Virus record (IMG/VR): IMGVR_UViG_3300044981_000083
Span: 1 to 57,064 of that record
DNA from: a virus
Lineage: Duplodnaviria > Caudoviricetes
Reading direction: 5' to 3' (one strand)
DNA: 57,064 bases
Shown: one piece after another, positions 36,847 to 46,268 of the stretch
Layout of the letters: every line of letters begins with the position of its first letter
Position numbering within the stretch: the first letter of the stretch is position 1
Made by a program: the position numbers and the translations under genes
Notes under the pieces: model-generated
Told to the model about the DNA's origin: nothing
What the model saw: only the letters and a program-made list of their open reading frames with translations
Databases searched by the model: none

Positions 36847-37215
36847 ATGATCGAAGTGGCACACTCCATTAATTTGGAGCTTCTTGAACAGTTGAAAGAT
36901 CGGGAATACCGTCAAAAGTTCTTTTTGGCGGAATCCTCAGCACAAATTGCTGCGCAACTAATTGCGCTAAGGAAGAAACGTGACCTAAATCAGCAAGAAG
37001 TTGCAGAATTAATCGGTACTCAACAGCCTGCAATTTCTCGCATCGAAAAGGCTGACTATCAAAGCTGGAGCTTTAGCATTCTGCGCAAGATTGCCGGCGC
37101 CCTTGATGCGCGTATTCGCGTCTTAATAGAACCTTCTGAGGATATTATTGCCGCGCCTGATGATATCAGTTCACTCGGTCTTCTCGCCAAGATTTCTGCT
37201 GGGCTCGCTGAATGA
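36847..37215 (+). CDS. XRE-family HTH protein (HigA antitoxin-like)
   Basis: LRKKRDLNQQEVAELIGTQQPAISRIEK; AT-rich insert. Confidence 0.8.
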   Translation: MIEVAHSINLELLEQLKDREYRQKFFLAESSAQIAAQLIALRKKRDLNQQEVAELIGTQQPAISRIEKADYQSWSFSILRKIAGALDARIRVLIEPSEDIIAAPDDISSLGLLAKISAGLAE

Positions 37216-37490
37216 GCGACTTCGCCGAAGAACTGAGGATCATCGCCCACGACCGTCCGCGCTTGAAAGAGCGCGAATGTGCGTTGCTGAATCTTGCCGC
37301 CGATACGGTCGATGAACTGGAACGGTCGCAGCAGGCTTTGATCAAGGCTCAGCAGCGCGAAATCGAGATGAACAACAGGCTGCTTGCCATCCAAGCGCAG
37401 TTGATGCGCGCGAGCTTGGCTCCCATGTCGGGGAGAGTAACCGTCATCGGCTACAATCCGTCGTGGATCATGTGGGGGCAGGCAAAATGA
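37212..37490 (+). CDS. Hypothetical coiled-coil protein
   Basis: ATGA-coupled ORF. Confidence 0.6.
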   Translation: MSDFAEELRIIAHDRPRLKERECALLNLAADTVDELERSQQALIKAQQREIEMNNRLLAIQAQLMRASLAPMSGRVTVIGYNPSWIMWGQAK

Positions 37491-38104
37491 AAGTCGCCGC
37501 CAATGTCAAGGACCTCGCCCATCGGATCACGCGAGAATTCCACGATATGACTCCGGACCAGGAGATCAAGCGAGTTTATCCCGATGCTGAGCGGTTCGTA
37601 CGGCAAAATTGGAAAAGCTTCATTGATGCCGCCCGCAAGATGATCGCGGAGCATAGGGGCGAGGAATTTCTGATCATCAACGGCGAGAAGATCGATAAGG
37701 CCGAAGCGATGGCGCTTCTCAAGGGCCTCTATCACGAAGCCGAAGAATGCGCCGGCGAGTTTCACGGCAAGAACCGTTCCGAGAAATTCCGCGCGAACTG
37801 GCCGGATGAAACTCTCTTCGCCAAGGCGAACTGGAAAAGCTTCGTCCAGGAAGCGCGCCGGAAGTATGCAGGGAAACTTGGCGATCTGCAGGTTCCCGAA
37901 GCCGAAAAGCGGCGAATCCATCTTGCCCTTGTCATCGAGCACGAAATCGCCGGCGGCCGGGAAAAAGACGCGAGGCTCCAACTCGCCCCCAATACCCAGC
38001 AGTTCGAGGGTGACAAATACGAAAACCGCAAGATACTTGAAAAGTTCGGCAAGCAGCCGGACTCGCTCAAGGACTTGCTGATGACTTCGACCCGCTTTCA
38101 CTGA
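37487..38104 (+). CDS. Hypothetical protein with internal duplication
   Basis: PD...F...NWKSF...AR repeated twice. Confidence 0.7.
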   Translation: MKVAANVKDLAHRITREFHDMTPDQEIKRVYPDAERFVRQNWKSFIDAARKMIAEHRGEEFLIINGEKIDKAEAMALLKGLYHEAEECAGEFHGKNRSEKFRANWPDETLFAKANWKSFVQEARRKYAGKLGDLQVPEAEKRRIHLALVIEHEIAGGREKDARLQLAPNTQQFEGDKYENRKILEKFGKQPDSLKDLLMTSTRFH

Positions 38105-38112
38105 GGACGCAC

Positions 38113-38952
38113 ATGGATATTCTCGGAAAATACAGAGTGCCATTGTTTCAGGCGCCAGATATAGCGCCGGGCGCGACGCCTCCCGTTGTGATGCCGCCTG
38201 ATCCTTCGGTAATCCCGCCGGTTGAGCCGCCGGCCGGTGCCACAATCGAGCCGCAGAAAACGCCTCAACTTCCGTCCGGCGTCATCGACGAATTGACGAA
38301 GCTGCGCGCGGAAAAGCGTGAACTCGGCGAACGTGCTGCGCGTCTCGAACGCGAGGCTTCCGAAGCTCGAGCGCTTGCCGAGCGGGCTGTCGCGGCTGAC
38401 AAGGCGATTTCTCCGCCCACCGCGCCGCGCGTTCCTCCGGCTCCGACCGAAGAGGCCGAAATCGACCGACGCGCCGAATACAAACTGTTTCAGCGCGAAG
38501 TATCCTCGGTCATCACTCGCGGCCAGAAGGAATTCGGGCTTGCGGATTTCAACGAGACCGTTCGAGCGCTTCAAGCCTACGGTGCCGACAGCGACCAGTT
38601 CGTCTCCGAAGTGATGGCCGTCGATCGCGATAACGCGCACAAGCTTCTACACACCCTCGCCCATGACGGCGCGCAGACGATCGGATTGCTGGGCATGACG
38701 CCCGCGCAACGCCTCGCCGAACTCACAAGGATGCACATGGCCGCAAAATCCGCTGAGCCTGCTACGTCCGCCATTCCAGTCGTTCCGGCAAAGCCGGCCG
38801 TCGCTGCGACTGTCAGCGCAGCTCCCCGCCCCGCTCCCGTGGTCGAACCGTCTGCCGGAAAGACCGTCATGCGCTACGGCGACGAACGTTCGGACGCGGA
38901 ATTCACGGAAGACTTCAAGAAATGGGAAACGCGCAAGATGCGCCGACGTTGA
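38113..38952 (+). CDS. Scaffolding protein
   Basis: Pro-rich N-terminus, coiled coil, directly before the coat gene. Confidence 0.75.
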   Translation: MDILGKYRVPLFQAPDIAPGATPPVVMPPDPSVIPPVEPPAGATIEPQKTPQLPSGVIDELTKLRAEKRELGERAARLEREASEARALAERAVAADKAISPPTAPRVPPAPTEEAEIDRRAEYKLFQREVSSVITRGQKEFGLADFNETVRALQAYGADSDQFVSEVMAVDRDNAHKLLHTLAHDGAQTIGLLGMTPAQRLAELTRMHMAAKSAEPATSAIPVVPAKPAVAATVSAAPRPAPVVEPSAGKTVMRYGDERSDAEFTEDFKKWETRKMRRR

Positions 38953-38962
38953 TTCCTGTTTC

Positions 38963-39075
38963 ATGTCGCGACCTGAGCGTCATCAGGGATCGGGCGTAAC
39001 GCGACATCGCCCTTCGCCGCCGACCTGAGCGATATCAGGGTGCTCCCGTCCTTGTCAGATTCGGGACCTGACATG
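38963..39075 (+). promoter_or_regulatory. Structured leader of the capsid gene with duplicated hairpin
   Basis: CGACCTGAGCG(TC/AT)ATCAGGG at 38969 and 39021; outer stem ATGTCGCG/CGCGACAT. Confidence 0.55.
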
Positions 39076-39149
39076 CACCGCGGCTCTTATGCCGCTTCCC
39101 TTTTCCGCGCCTTGGAGATGGCGCACGACAATCCTCAGGAGCCATCCCG

Positions 39150-40409
39150 ATGGCGAACAATATCCTCACCCCGTCGATGATCACGCGGTTTTCCATCCGC
39201 ATGTTTCTCAATACCAACTATTTCCTTCAAAACGTAAGTCGACAGTTCGAGTCACAGTTCGGCATCGAAGGCGCGAGGATCGGCGCCCAGCTTCGTATCC
39301 GCTATCCAAACCAATATACCGTGACCGATGGTCCCGGCATTTCGATCCAGGACACCACGGAAGAACAGTTCCTCCTCACCGTCGCGACGCAACGCCATGT
39401 GGACGTGGCATTCACGTCGGCGGAAACCACTCTCGATATCGACGACTACATGGAGCGCATCGTCCTTCCGAGGGTCAACGCCCTGGCCGCGAACGTTGCC
39501 TATCAGGTGATGATCAATACCGCTTCGTCGGTCAAGAACGCGGTCGCAAACGTCGATGCCAATAACAATATCCTCCCGATTACGGACGCTCCCATTGCGC
39601 TTGCAAGAGGTATCCTGGAGGAAAACTCATCTCCGAATTTCGGCGAGATGGGGATGCGCAAGACCGCTTTGGCTCCGCGCTCCGACGTGCGCATGCAACA
39701 GGCATTGCGTGGCTTGCTGAATCCCGTCGATGAAATCTCCCGCCAATACAACTCGGGAATGATGTATGACGCCCTTGGGCTCAGGTTCTTCGAGGATCAG
39801 ACGGTCATCAGCCACACGACCGGGACGTTCACCACGGCGACCGTTAATGGTGCCAACCAGACCGGGCAGGCCCTCACGGTCAATGCTCTGAATGGTACGG
39901 TGAACCAAGGCGACGTGTTCTCGATCGCCGGAGTGAACGCCGTCAACCGGACGAGTTTCCAGTCCTTAGGTATCGCCGCGCAGTTCGTTGCGGTTCAGAA
40001 TGCCGCAGCCGGTGCAGTCTCGATCTCGATCTATCCGGCGATCATCCCGCCGGCATCCAATGCGCCCTATGCGGGCCTGCCCTATACCCCGCAACAATAT
40101 CAGACCGTCACTGCTTCGCCGGCGAACAATGCCACCATCACTCCCTTCGCAAATGCCGGGGTGACCTACCGCGAAAACCTCGTCTATGCGCCGGACGCGA
40201 TCACGCTGGTTGTCGCTCCGCTGTGGATTCCGCCCAACGAAAAGGGCGTCATCGCCGCAGCGAGGCACAATTACGACAGTCTGTCGATGCGCTCTCTCGT
40301 CTGCTATGAGCCGACTACCGATCAGCCGATCGACCGGCTCGATATTCTGTTCGGGTCCGGTGTGCCGAGACCGGAATGGATCGTGCAAGCTATGGATTCG
40401 GTGCCGTAA
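39150..40409 (+). CDS. Major capsid protein (P22 gp5 coat family)
   Basis: MANNILTPSMITR, IG..LRIR.P, QRHVD..F...E.TL, RLDILFG...RPEW. Confidence 0.92.
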   Translation: MANNILTPSMITRFSIRMFLNTNYFLQNVSRQFESQFGIEGARIGAQLRIRYPNQYTVTDGPGISIQDTTEEQFLLTVATQRHVDVAFTSAETTLDIDDYMERIVLPRVNALAANVAYQVMINTASSVKNAVANVDANNNILPITDAPIALARGILEENSSPNFGEMGMRKTALAPRSDVRMQQALRGLLNPVDEISRQYNSGMMYDALGLRFFEDQTVISHTTGTFTTATVNGANQTGQALTVNALNGTVNQGDVFSIAGVNAVNRTSFQSLGIAAQFVAVQNAAAGAVSISIYPAIIPPASNAPYAGLPYTPQQYQTVTASPANNATITPFANAGVTYRENLVYAPDAITLVVAPLWIPPNEKGVIAAARHNYDSLSMRSLVCYEPTTDQPIDRLDILFGSGVPRPEWIVQAMDSVP

Positions 40410-40413
40410 GGTT

Positions 40414-40456
40414 CGGATCACGCTCACTCTGCGGTGGCGATCGGCTAGACGGTCAC
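40414..40456 (-). repeat. Dispersed bipartite element, copy D
   Basis: Minus strand GTGACCGTCTAGCC-N18-AGCGTGATCCG. Confidence 0.7.
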
Positions 40457-40502
40457 CCCGATGCGGCACTGTGCTGCGCGACTGAAAAAAAGGAGACTCA
40501 CA

Positions 40503-41126
40503 ATGGCGTACGACTCCGAAAAGCACGAAATCGATCCCGTGACGGGGTTTGCGGTGCATAAGGATACCGAGAGTATCGTGGGCGTTGTTCCGCGCCCGCG
40601 CCGCCCCACCGAGCCCGTCATCTATCCGGCCTGGATCAAGCCGCATCAGAGTCACATTATTCGGAAGAAGGTCGAAGGGGCGCCGGATGACGTCTCATGT
40701 CCGGGGTTTGAGAGCCGCGTCGATCCGGTCAACGGCGAGGTAACAGTGCTCGTGAACGACGCCGCCCACGAGGCCGTCGCTACGCTGCCGAGAAACGAAC
40801 GCAAGAACGTGCCCACCGGCGACTATCCGACCTGGGTAGCGCCCCACGAAAGCCATGTGGAACGCAAGAAAACCGAAGGCGCGCCGGATCACGTCTCGTG
40901 TCCCGGCTTCGAAACCTCTGTGAATCGCGTCAACGGCGAGGTCAGGGTGCTCGTGCTCGATGCCGACCACGAAAAGGTCGCAACGGACGCGAAGCAGGAG
41001 GCGAAGGTCCCGGATCCTCCTCTTCACGCGCCCCCGAATCCTTCCAGCAGCGCCGGCGCCTCTCCTCCCCCTCCGGTTCCTCCTCTTCGCCCATCCGAAC
41101 CCCCGCAGGCCGCCGCAACGGGCTGA
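40503..41126 (+). CDS. Hypothetical protein with tandem ~55-aa repeat
   Basis: YP.W..PH.SH..RKK.EGAPD.VSCPGFE..V..VNGEV.VLV.DA.HE.VAT twice; SD AGGAG. Confidence 0.75.
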   Translation: MAYDSEKHEIDPVTGFAVHKDTESIVGVVPRPRRPTEPVIYPAWIKPHQSHIIRKKVEGAPDDVSCPGFESRVDPVNGEVTVLVNDAAHEAVATLPRNERKNVPTGDYPTWVAPHESHVERKKTEGAPDHVSCPGFETSVNRVNGEVRVLVLDADHEKVATDAKQEAKVPDPPLHAPPNPSSSAGASPPPPVPPLRPSEPPQAAATG

Positions 41127-41173
41127 AGGTTCGGATCGCCGCGCGGGTTGGTTCCCTCCCGTCCGCGCGGCGT

Positions 41174-41193
41174 AATGTTTCACGTGAAACATT
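41174..41193. other. parS centromere-like site
   Basis: Perfect palindrome AATGTTTCACGTGAAACATT containing the consensus TGTTTCACGTGAAACA; intergenic. Confidence 0.85.
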
Positions 41194-41208
41194 TTTAGGA
41201 GACTTCCT

Positions 41209-41988
41209 ATGTTTGTCATGCCGACCCGTGAGCAGGCGGGCTATCTTCCCCCCGAAATCGCCGGCGAAGGTCAAAAAGTCATCCTCGGCGATGGCGAGAC
41301 CGTCAACTGGTCGCCCCCGCCGAACAAACCGATCATTCCCGACATTTCCAATGTCAAGAGCATCCGTAAATACTTCAACCGCATTGGTTACCAAGTATGG
41401 CCGGCATGGCTCTACCATCCAACCGAGCCCGCGAGACTGGCGAAGACGGCCCATGAAGCCGCGGAGCTGGGTGTCTGCTATCGCGAAGCCTCGAACGACG
41501 AAAAAGGTCGCTATGGCCGTTCCCATGTGTGGGACTGGAAGGACGATTCGTTGTGGCGCCCGACGCCCTACGCGGTAAGCAAGGCGAGGGTCTATGATCC
41601 CCTTCGCCCCGAACAGGGCAAGGAATTTCGTCCAACCCCGCCGAATCCCATCGTGGCACAGGATGCGCTGCTCGAAAGACTTCTGCCCGCGATCGCCGCC
41701 GCAGTGGCGAAGGAGGTCCGTAAGCCCGACGGCATCGACCCGCGCCAGTGGGACTCGTTCCTCAAATTCCAGGCCTTCCAGAAGGCACAGGAAGCCCTGG
41801 AGAACGCGAACAGCGAATCGAGGGAGGAAGATGCCCCCGCGAGCGAACTCGCGCTCAGTACCCTCTCCCCCGAGCAGGAACGGGCGGCCTATGAGGCGGA
41901 AGCCGAAAAGCTTGGGATCAAGACGGATGGTCGCTGGTCGCTCGATAAGCTCAAGAACATGGTCAAGCAGGCCCAGAAGGCGGCGTGA
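41209..41988 (+). CDS. Hypothetical head-module protein with C-terminal HeH/LEM-like motif
   Basis: WPAWLYHP; AEKLGIKTDGRWSLDKL. Confidence 0.7.
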   Translation: MFVMPTREQAGYLPPEIAGEGQKVILGDGETVNWSPPPNKPIIPDISNVKSIRKYFNRIGYQVWPAWLYHPTEPARLAKTAHEAAELGVCYREASNDEKGRYGRSHVWDWKDDSLWRPTPYAVSKARVYDPLRPEQGKEFRPTPPNPIVAQDALLERLLPAIAAAVAKEVRKPDGIDPRQWDSFLKFQAFQKAQEALENANSESREEDAPASELALSTLSPEQERAAYEAEAEKLGIKTDGRWSLDKLKNMVKQAQKAA

Positions 41989-42212
41989 TGCTCACGTTCT
42001 CAGCCTTAGAATCTGCGGCCCGTGAGCGGTTCGGCCAAGCTGTGACGATCGCTCCCTCGGGGGATGGATTTCGCCTCGCTTTTCCCGATGGCCGCCATGT
42101 GGCATTTCCATTCGGCCGTGCCGATCGGGAACGCATGGCCGATGAATTCATGACCAACACGGTTGCCCCGATCGTCGCTTCGTTGGAGGCGAAGCCTCCA
42201 AACCCTCCCTAG
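41985..42212 (+). CDS. Hypothetical protein
   Basis: Coupled ORF. Confidence 0.55.
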   Translation: MMLTFSALESAARERFGQAVTIAPSGDGFRLAFPDGRHVAFPFGRADRERMADEFMTNTVAPIVASLEAKPPNPP

Positions 42213-42313
42213 GGCCGGGACCCCCAACCCCGGCCCCGGCGGCGGCGCCACGTCGTCCCCCTCAGCCCGTTGTGCCGCCGCCATCCTTCCCGCTTCCGAA
42301 TGTTAGGCGAATA

Positions 42314-42577
42314 ATGTCGATCACCGATAAGCTCGCCCTGATCGCGACGCGACGCACGGAATTCAATGCCGCGCTGCATGCGGATGCGGACGCTTTGCTG
42401 GCGCGCTATGCGGAAGTGGAAGCAAAGAAAAGCGCGGCCTTCACCAAGCATCACGCCCAACTCGAAACCGAGGAAACCGAACTCGCGACAGTCGAGGCCG
42501 CAATCGACCGCATGAGCAACATGGGAAACGCGCCAGGCTCGGAGCCATCCTCCGAGAAGCCCAAAAACGGCGGATAA
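42314..42577 (+). CDS. Hypothetical coiled-coil protein
   Basis: Helical ORF upstream of the adaptor gene. Confidence 0.55.
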   Translation: MSITDKLALIATRRTEFNAALHADADALLARYAEVEAKKSAAFTKHHAQLETEETELATVEAAIDRMSNMGNAPGSEPSSEKPKNGG

Positions 42578-42583
42578 GGTGAG

Positions 42584-43366
42584 ATGGCCGGACCTCCCGC
42601 CGAAGGCCCCATACCGGTCGATACCGTTTCGGCTTTATTGATCAATGCACTGACCGATGCCGGGGTGGTGGGAATCGACGAGGCTATCGAGCAGCCGATC
42701 CTCAACCGGGCCTTCACGCAAGCGAATTGGCTGTTAGCACAATGGGCAAGAAAACGTTGGCTTTGTTATCGACTCCAGGATTATTCGTTCGTCTCGACGG
42801 GAGCACTAACATACAGCGTGGGGTTGACGGCTCCGAATGCTCCCACGGCCATCAATATCAATCCTCGACCCGACCGTTTGGAATATGCCTTCCTGAGGTT
42901 TCTCAACCAGAATCCTCCCTCGGGGTTATTCGTCGATATTCCGATCGACATTATCCAGTCCCACGAGGATTATTCAGGCATCACGGTAAAGAACATCGGC
43001 ACCTTGCCATGGCGGATATTCTACGATCCGGTATGGCCGGTAGGGGTGCTGTTTCCCTGGCCGGTCCCGCAGCCGACGATCTATGAGATACATTGCGGCT
43101 TCAAGGTCGTCCTTCCCCGGTTTGCAAATCTCCAGCAGGCGATCAATTTCCCCCCCGAGTATGAAGCCGCGTTGAATTGGTGTCTGGCGCGACGGTTTCG
43201 TGCGAGCTATCAGATGCCGCCTGATCCGACCATCGATTCGCTTGCAAGAGATGGTCTCAATGTGATCCGCCTCGCGAACCAACAAATGCCGACGCTGCGC
43301 ATGCCGCAGTTCCTTCGTGGAGGAAACCGGGCGTATGATTACCGCGGCGATTCCGATTCATACTGA
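42584..43366 (+). CDS. Head-to-tail adaptor (P22 gp4-like)
   Basis: LLINAL.DAGV.G...LLAQW; WPVP; FPPEYEAAL.W.LA; synteny. Confidence 0.75.
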   Translation: MAGPPAEGPIPVDTVSALLINALTDAGVVGIDEAIEQPILNRAFTQANWLLAQWARKRWLCYRLQDYSFVSTGALTYSVGLTAPNAPTAININPRPDRLEYAFLRFLNQNPPSGLFVDIPIDIIQSHEDYSGITVKNIGTLPWRIFYDPVWPVGVLFPWPVPQPTIYEIHCGFKVVLPRFANLQQAINFPPEYEAALNWCLARRFRASYQMPPDPTIDSLARDGLNVIRLANQQMPTLRMPQFLRGGNRAYDYRGDSDSY

Positions 43367-43382
43367 CAAAGGAGACCAATCG

Positions 43383-43880
43383 ATGAACCTCATTCGAGCC
43401 TGCCGCGCCTTCGGCGCCGGATTCGCCTTGGTGTTGCTCGGCTTCATTGCTCACGCTGCTGTCGGCACGCCGCCGCTCGGCGGTATCGGTCCTGCTTTGC
43501 AGGACGGCCAATGGCTGCTCGGTCTCGCGGGAGGCACGAATTACGGCTACCAGTCGGGGATCACGGCCCATGCCGGGGGCACCCAGGCCGCAGCCACCGT
43601 ACTGCCGACGAACATTGCCCTAGTCGAGGTGGATACAGTCGCCACGACCGGCGATAGCGTGGCGCTGCCGCAATGTATTCAGGGCACGTGGTTGTTTCTT
43701 CGCAATGCCGGCGCCGGAACGCTCGACGTGTACGGCAATACGATCACCAACCCCCTGAGTGCGACGCTCGATACCATCAACGCGACGGCGGGGACGAGCG
43801 CTTACACCCTCACGACCAACACCAACGCGATCTTCTTCTGCGCCAAAAACGGCGCATGGTCGGCGGGCAAGGTCAGTTGA
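43383..43880 (+). CDS. Putative decoration or structural protein with signal peptide
   Basis: MNLIRACRAFGAGFALVLLGFIAHA-AV; ITAHAGGTQAAAT, VATTGDSVALP. Confidence 0.7.
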   Translation: MNLIRACRAFGAGFALVLLGFIAHAAVGTPPLGGIGPALQDGQWLLGLAGGTNYGYQSGITAHAGGTQAAATVLPTNIALVEVDTVATTGDSVALPQCIQGTWLFLRNAGAGTLDVYGNTITNPLSATLDTINATAGTSAYTLTTNTNAIFFCAKNGAWSAGKVS

Positions 43881-43883
43881 ACG

Positions 43884-45425
43884 ATGCGCGGTTTCCAGCG
43901 GGACGGCTTTATTCCGCTGACCTCCGGCGCCTATGCGCAACGAGCCTTAATCGCGGATGCACAGCGCTGCATCAACCTTGTGCCCGAGTTGAATCCGGAG
44001 GACACGACGCCGGCCGCAGCGGTGACGCATTATCCGCGCGCAGGACTGAGCGGACTGGGTGCCGGTCCTCCTAATCCCGCCACGGGCCGGGGAGTCTTCA
44101 CTGCCAGCAACGGCAATCTCTATGGTGCGGTTGCCAACAACTTCTATTTCATCAACCAGGATTGGAAATACAACCTTCTCGGCCAGATCAATAACGGGCC
44201 GAATCCGGTTTCCTTTGCCGACAACGGTACGTCCGGAATCATCGTCGATGGTTCGCCGAACGGCTACAGTTTCAACATCACCAACAATCAATGGAATGGA
44301 CTATACCAGGACCCGACTGGAACCTTTATCGGTTCGGTGAGGGCCGATTATGTCGATACGTTTCTCACCTTTGACGCACCGAACAGCAATGAGTGGTATG
44401 CCTCGCTGAGCCTTCAGCTCGCGTTCAATGCGCTGGCAGTCGGGGGTGCGACGAGTTTCCCGGATAAGATCATTACTCATGCGGTGAATTTGAGACAGGT
44501 TTTCCTGCTCAAGGAGTTCACGACCGAAGCATGGTATCTTTCCGGTGCGGTTCCTTTTCCTTTCGAGGAATGGCCGAACGTCTTCGTTCCCTATGGATGC
44601 GCGGCGGCTTATTCTCTGGCGAAAGCCGATACCTTTCTGTTTTGGATTTCACGAAACAGGGATGGCCAAGCGATGGCCGTCATGCTCGACGGCTATGGGG
44701 TCAAGATCATCTCGACCAGGGCATTGGAATATCGCTGGACGAATTACGCCAAAGTTCAGGATTGCATCGCCTATTCGTATCAGCAGGCGGGACATACCTT
44801 CGTCGTATTTCATTTTCCGAGCGCCGATGAAGCCTGGGCCTACGACCTCTCGACAAGGCAATGGCACCAAAGGGTGTGGATCGACAATAACGGTGTGTTT
44901 CATCGCGAGCGTGTCGCATTCCATGCCTTCGTTTCCACGACCAATGGATATCCTGATACGAACGTCGGAATGGACTGGGCGACTGGGCAAATCTACAAGA
45001 TCGACCAGAAGGCATACACCGACGTTGGCATGCCGATCGCGTGTATCCGGTCGTTTCCCCATGTGACGGGCGAGCTCAAGGAAATGACTATCCCCTCTTT
45101 CGTCGCCGACATGGCGACCGGAGATATCCCGAACACCGGGGAAATCAATCAAACCCTGTCTCCCTGGTCGAATGGCTGGAGCAATGGGTTTGGTCCGCTT
45201 ATTGTCCAAGAATCTCCGCAGGTCGCGTGCCGTATTTCGAGGGATGGCGGGGGCACATGGGGGAACTATCGCAAAAAATGGTTTATTTCCGCCGGACGAT
45301 ATCGCTCGATGATGCGATGGCGTAATTGGGGCATGGGACGAGATTTGGTATATGAGTTGGCGTTTCCGGCCTACAATCTCGCTCTCCAAGGCGCCTATAT
45401 CGAGCCGATCAAGCATGCAGCGTGA
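43884..45425 (+). CDS. Packaged DNA stabilization / tail hub protein (P22 gp10-like)
   Basis: QRCINLVPE, VSFADNG, GCAAAYS, ISTRALE, YQQAGHTF, SRDGG.TW. Confidence 0.88.
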   Translation: MRGFQRDGFIPLTSGAYAQRALIADAQRCINLVPELNPEDTTPAAAVTHYPRAGLSGLGAGPPNPATGRGVFTASNGNLYGAVANNFYFINQDWKYNLLGQINNGPNPVSFADNGTSGIIVDGSPNGYSFNITNNQWNGLYQDPTGTFIGSVRADYVDTFLTFDAPNSNEWYASLSLQLAFNALAVGGATSFPDKIITHAVNLRQVFLLKEFTTEAWYLSGAVPFPFEEWPNVFVPYGCAAAYSLAKADTFLFWISRNRDGQAMAVMLDGYGVKIISTRALEYRWTNYAKVQDCIAYSYQQAGHTFVVFHFPSADEAWAYDLSTRQWHQRVWIDNNGVFHRERVAFHAFVSTTNGYPDTNVGMDWATGQIYKIDQKAYTDVGMPIACIRSFPHVTGELKEMTIPSFVADMATGDIPNTGEINQTLSPWSNGWSNGFGPLIVQESPQVACRISRDGGGTWGNYRKKWFISAGRYRSMMRWRNWGMGRDLVYELAFPAYNLALQGAYIEPIKHAA

Positions 45426-45428
45426 TTC

Positions 45429-46259
45429 ATGGCCAACTCGCAAACCGGCGTTCCCGGCATTCCGCAAGGTCCCTTGGTGGACCGTAACGGCGTGCCGATG
45501 CCGATATGGTGGCAGTTTTTCAATAATCTGTGGGTGCGTACCGGGGCCGCTTCGGGTACGCCATCGCTCGTTCTTGATAATATCTCGTCAACGCCCGGAG
45601 CGACGCTTTATCGCGGCAGTGCAATCTGGTCGGGACTTGCGCCCGCTGCGCGTTATAAAGTCCTGCGGATGGGCGTCACCTATCCGGAATGGGATACGCT
45701 CGACGGCAATTCATTCGGGGCACAAGCCAAGTCAAGTTTCTTCGTTTCGCCGGATAATGCGTCCGGCGTTCCGGCATTCCGTCCGATCGCCTCTCTCGAC
45801 CTTGGTCCGGTCGCCGGACAGATTCCGGGCACGGGCACGAACGACGATGCGACTGCGGGAAATACCGGGGAATTCATCTCGCAATCGATTCCACTTGGTC
45901 ACGCGGTTGCGCTTGCCAGCGGCGTCGCTGCCGATATCGCATCAATCGTATTGACTCCGGGTGATTGGGACGTATGGGCAAACATCGCAAACATTCCCGA
46001 TCCCACCACGACAACCTCGATCATAAGGGCGTGGATCAACACAGTCCCGGCGACCGATCCGGCGGCGCCGAACTCGGGAGCGTATCTGTTGATGCAACAG
46101 GCAATCGGGGCCGGATTGGCTCAGGCGTTTCCGGTGGGAATGAAACGCATCACAGTTCCGACCGCAACGACAACAACGGCCTACATGTCAACGAAAATGA
46201 CATTCGCGGTTGCGAACCTGGGGGCTTACGGATTCCTCGGGGCGCGGAGGCCGCGATAG
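45429..46259 (+). CDS. Tail-associated structural protein
   Basis: PLVD..G....WWQFF N-terminus; AGNTGE, LTPGDWDV, ARR.R C-terminus. Confidence 0.7.
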   Translation: MANSQTGVPGIPQGPLVDRNGVPMPIWWQFFNNLWVRTGAASGTPSLVLDNISSTPGATLYRGSAIWSGLAPAARYKVLRMGVTYPEWDTLDGNSFGAQAKSSFFVSPDNASGVPAFRPIASLDLGPVAGQIPGTGTNDDATAGNTGEFISQSIPLGHAVALASGVAADIASIVLTPGDWDVWANIANIPDPTTTTSIIRAWINTVPATDPAAPNSGAYLLMQQAIGAGLAQAFPVGMKRITVPTATTTTAYMSTKMTFAVANLGAYGFLGARRPR

Positions 46260-46268
46260 ACCCATCCG

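Noticed and set aside
38969-39075. Hammerhead ribozyme in the capsid leader
   Set aside because: CUGAGCG does not match CUGANGA and no GAAA core is correctly positioned
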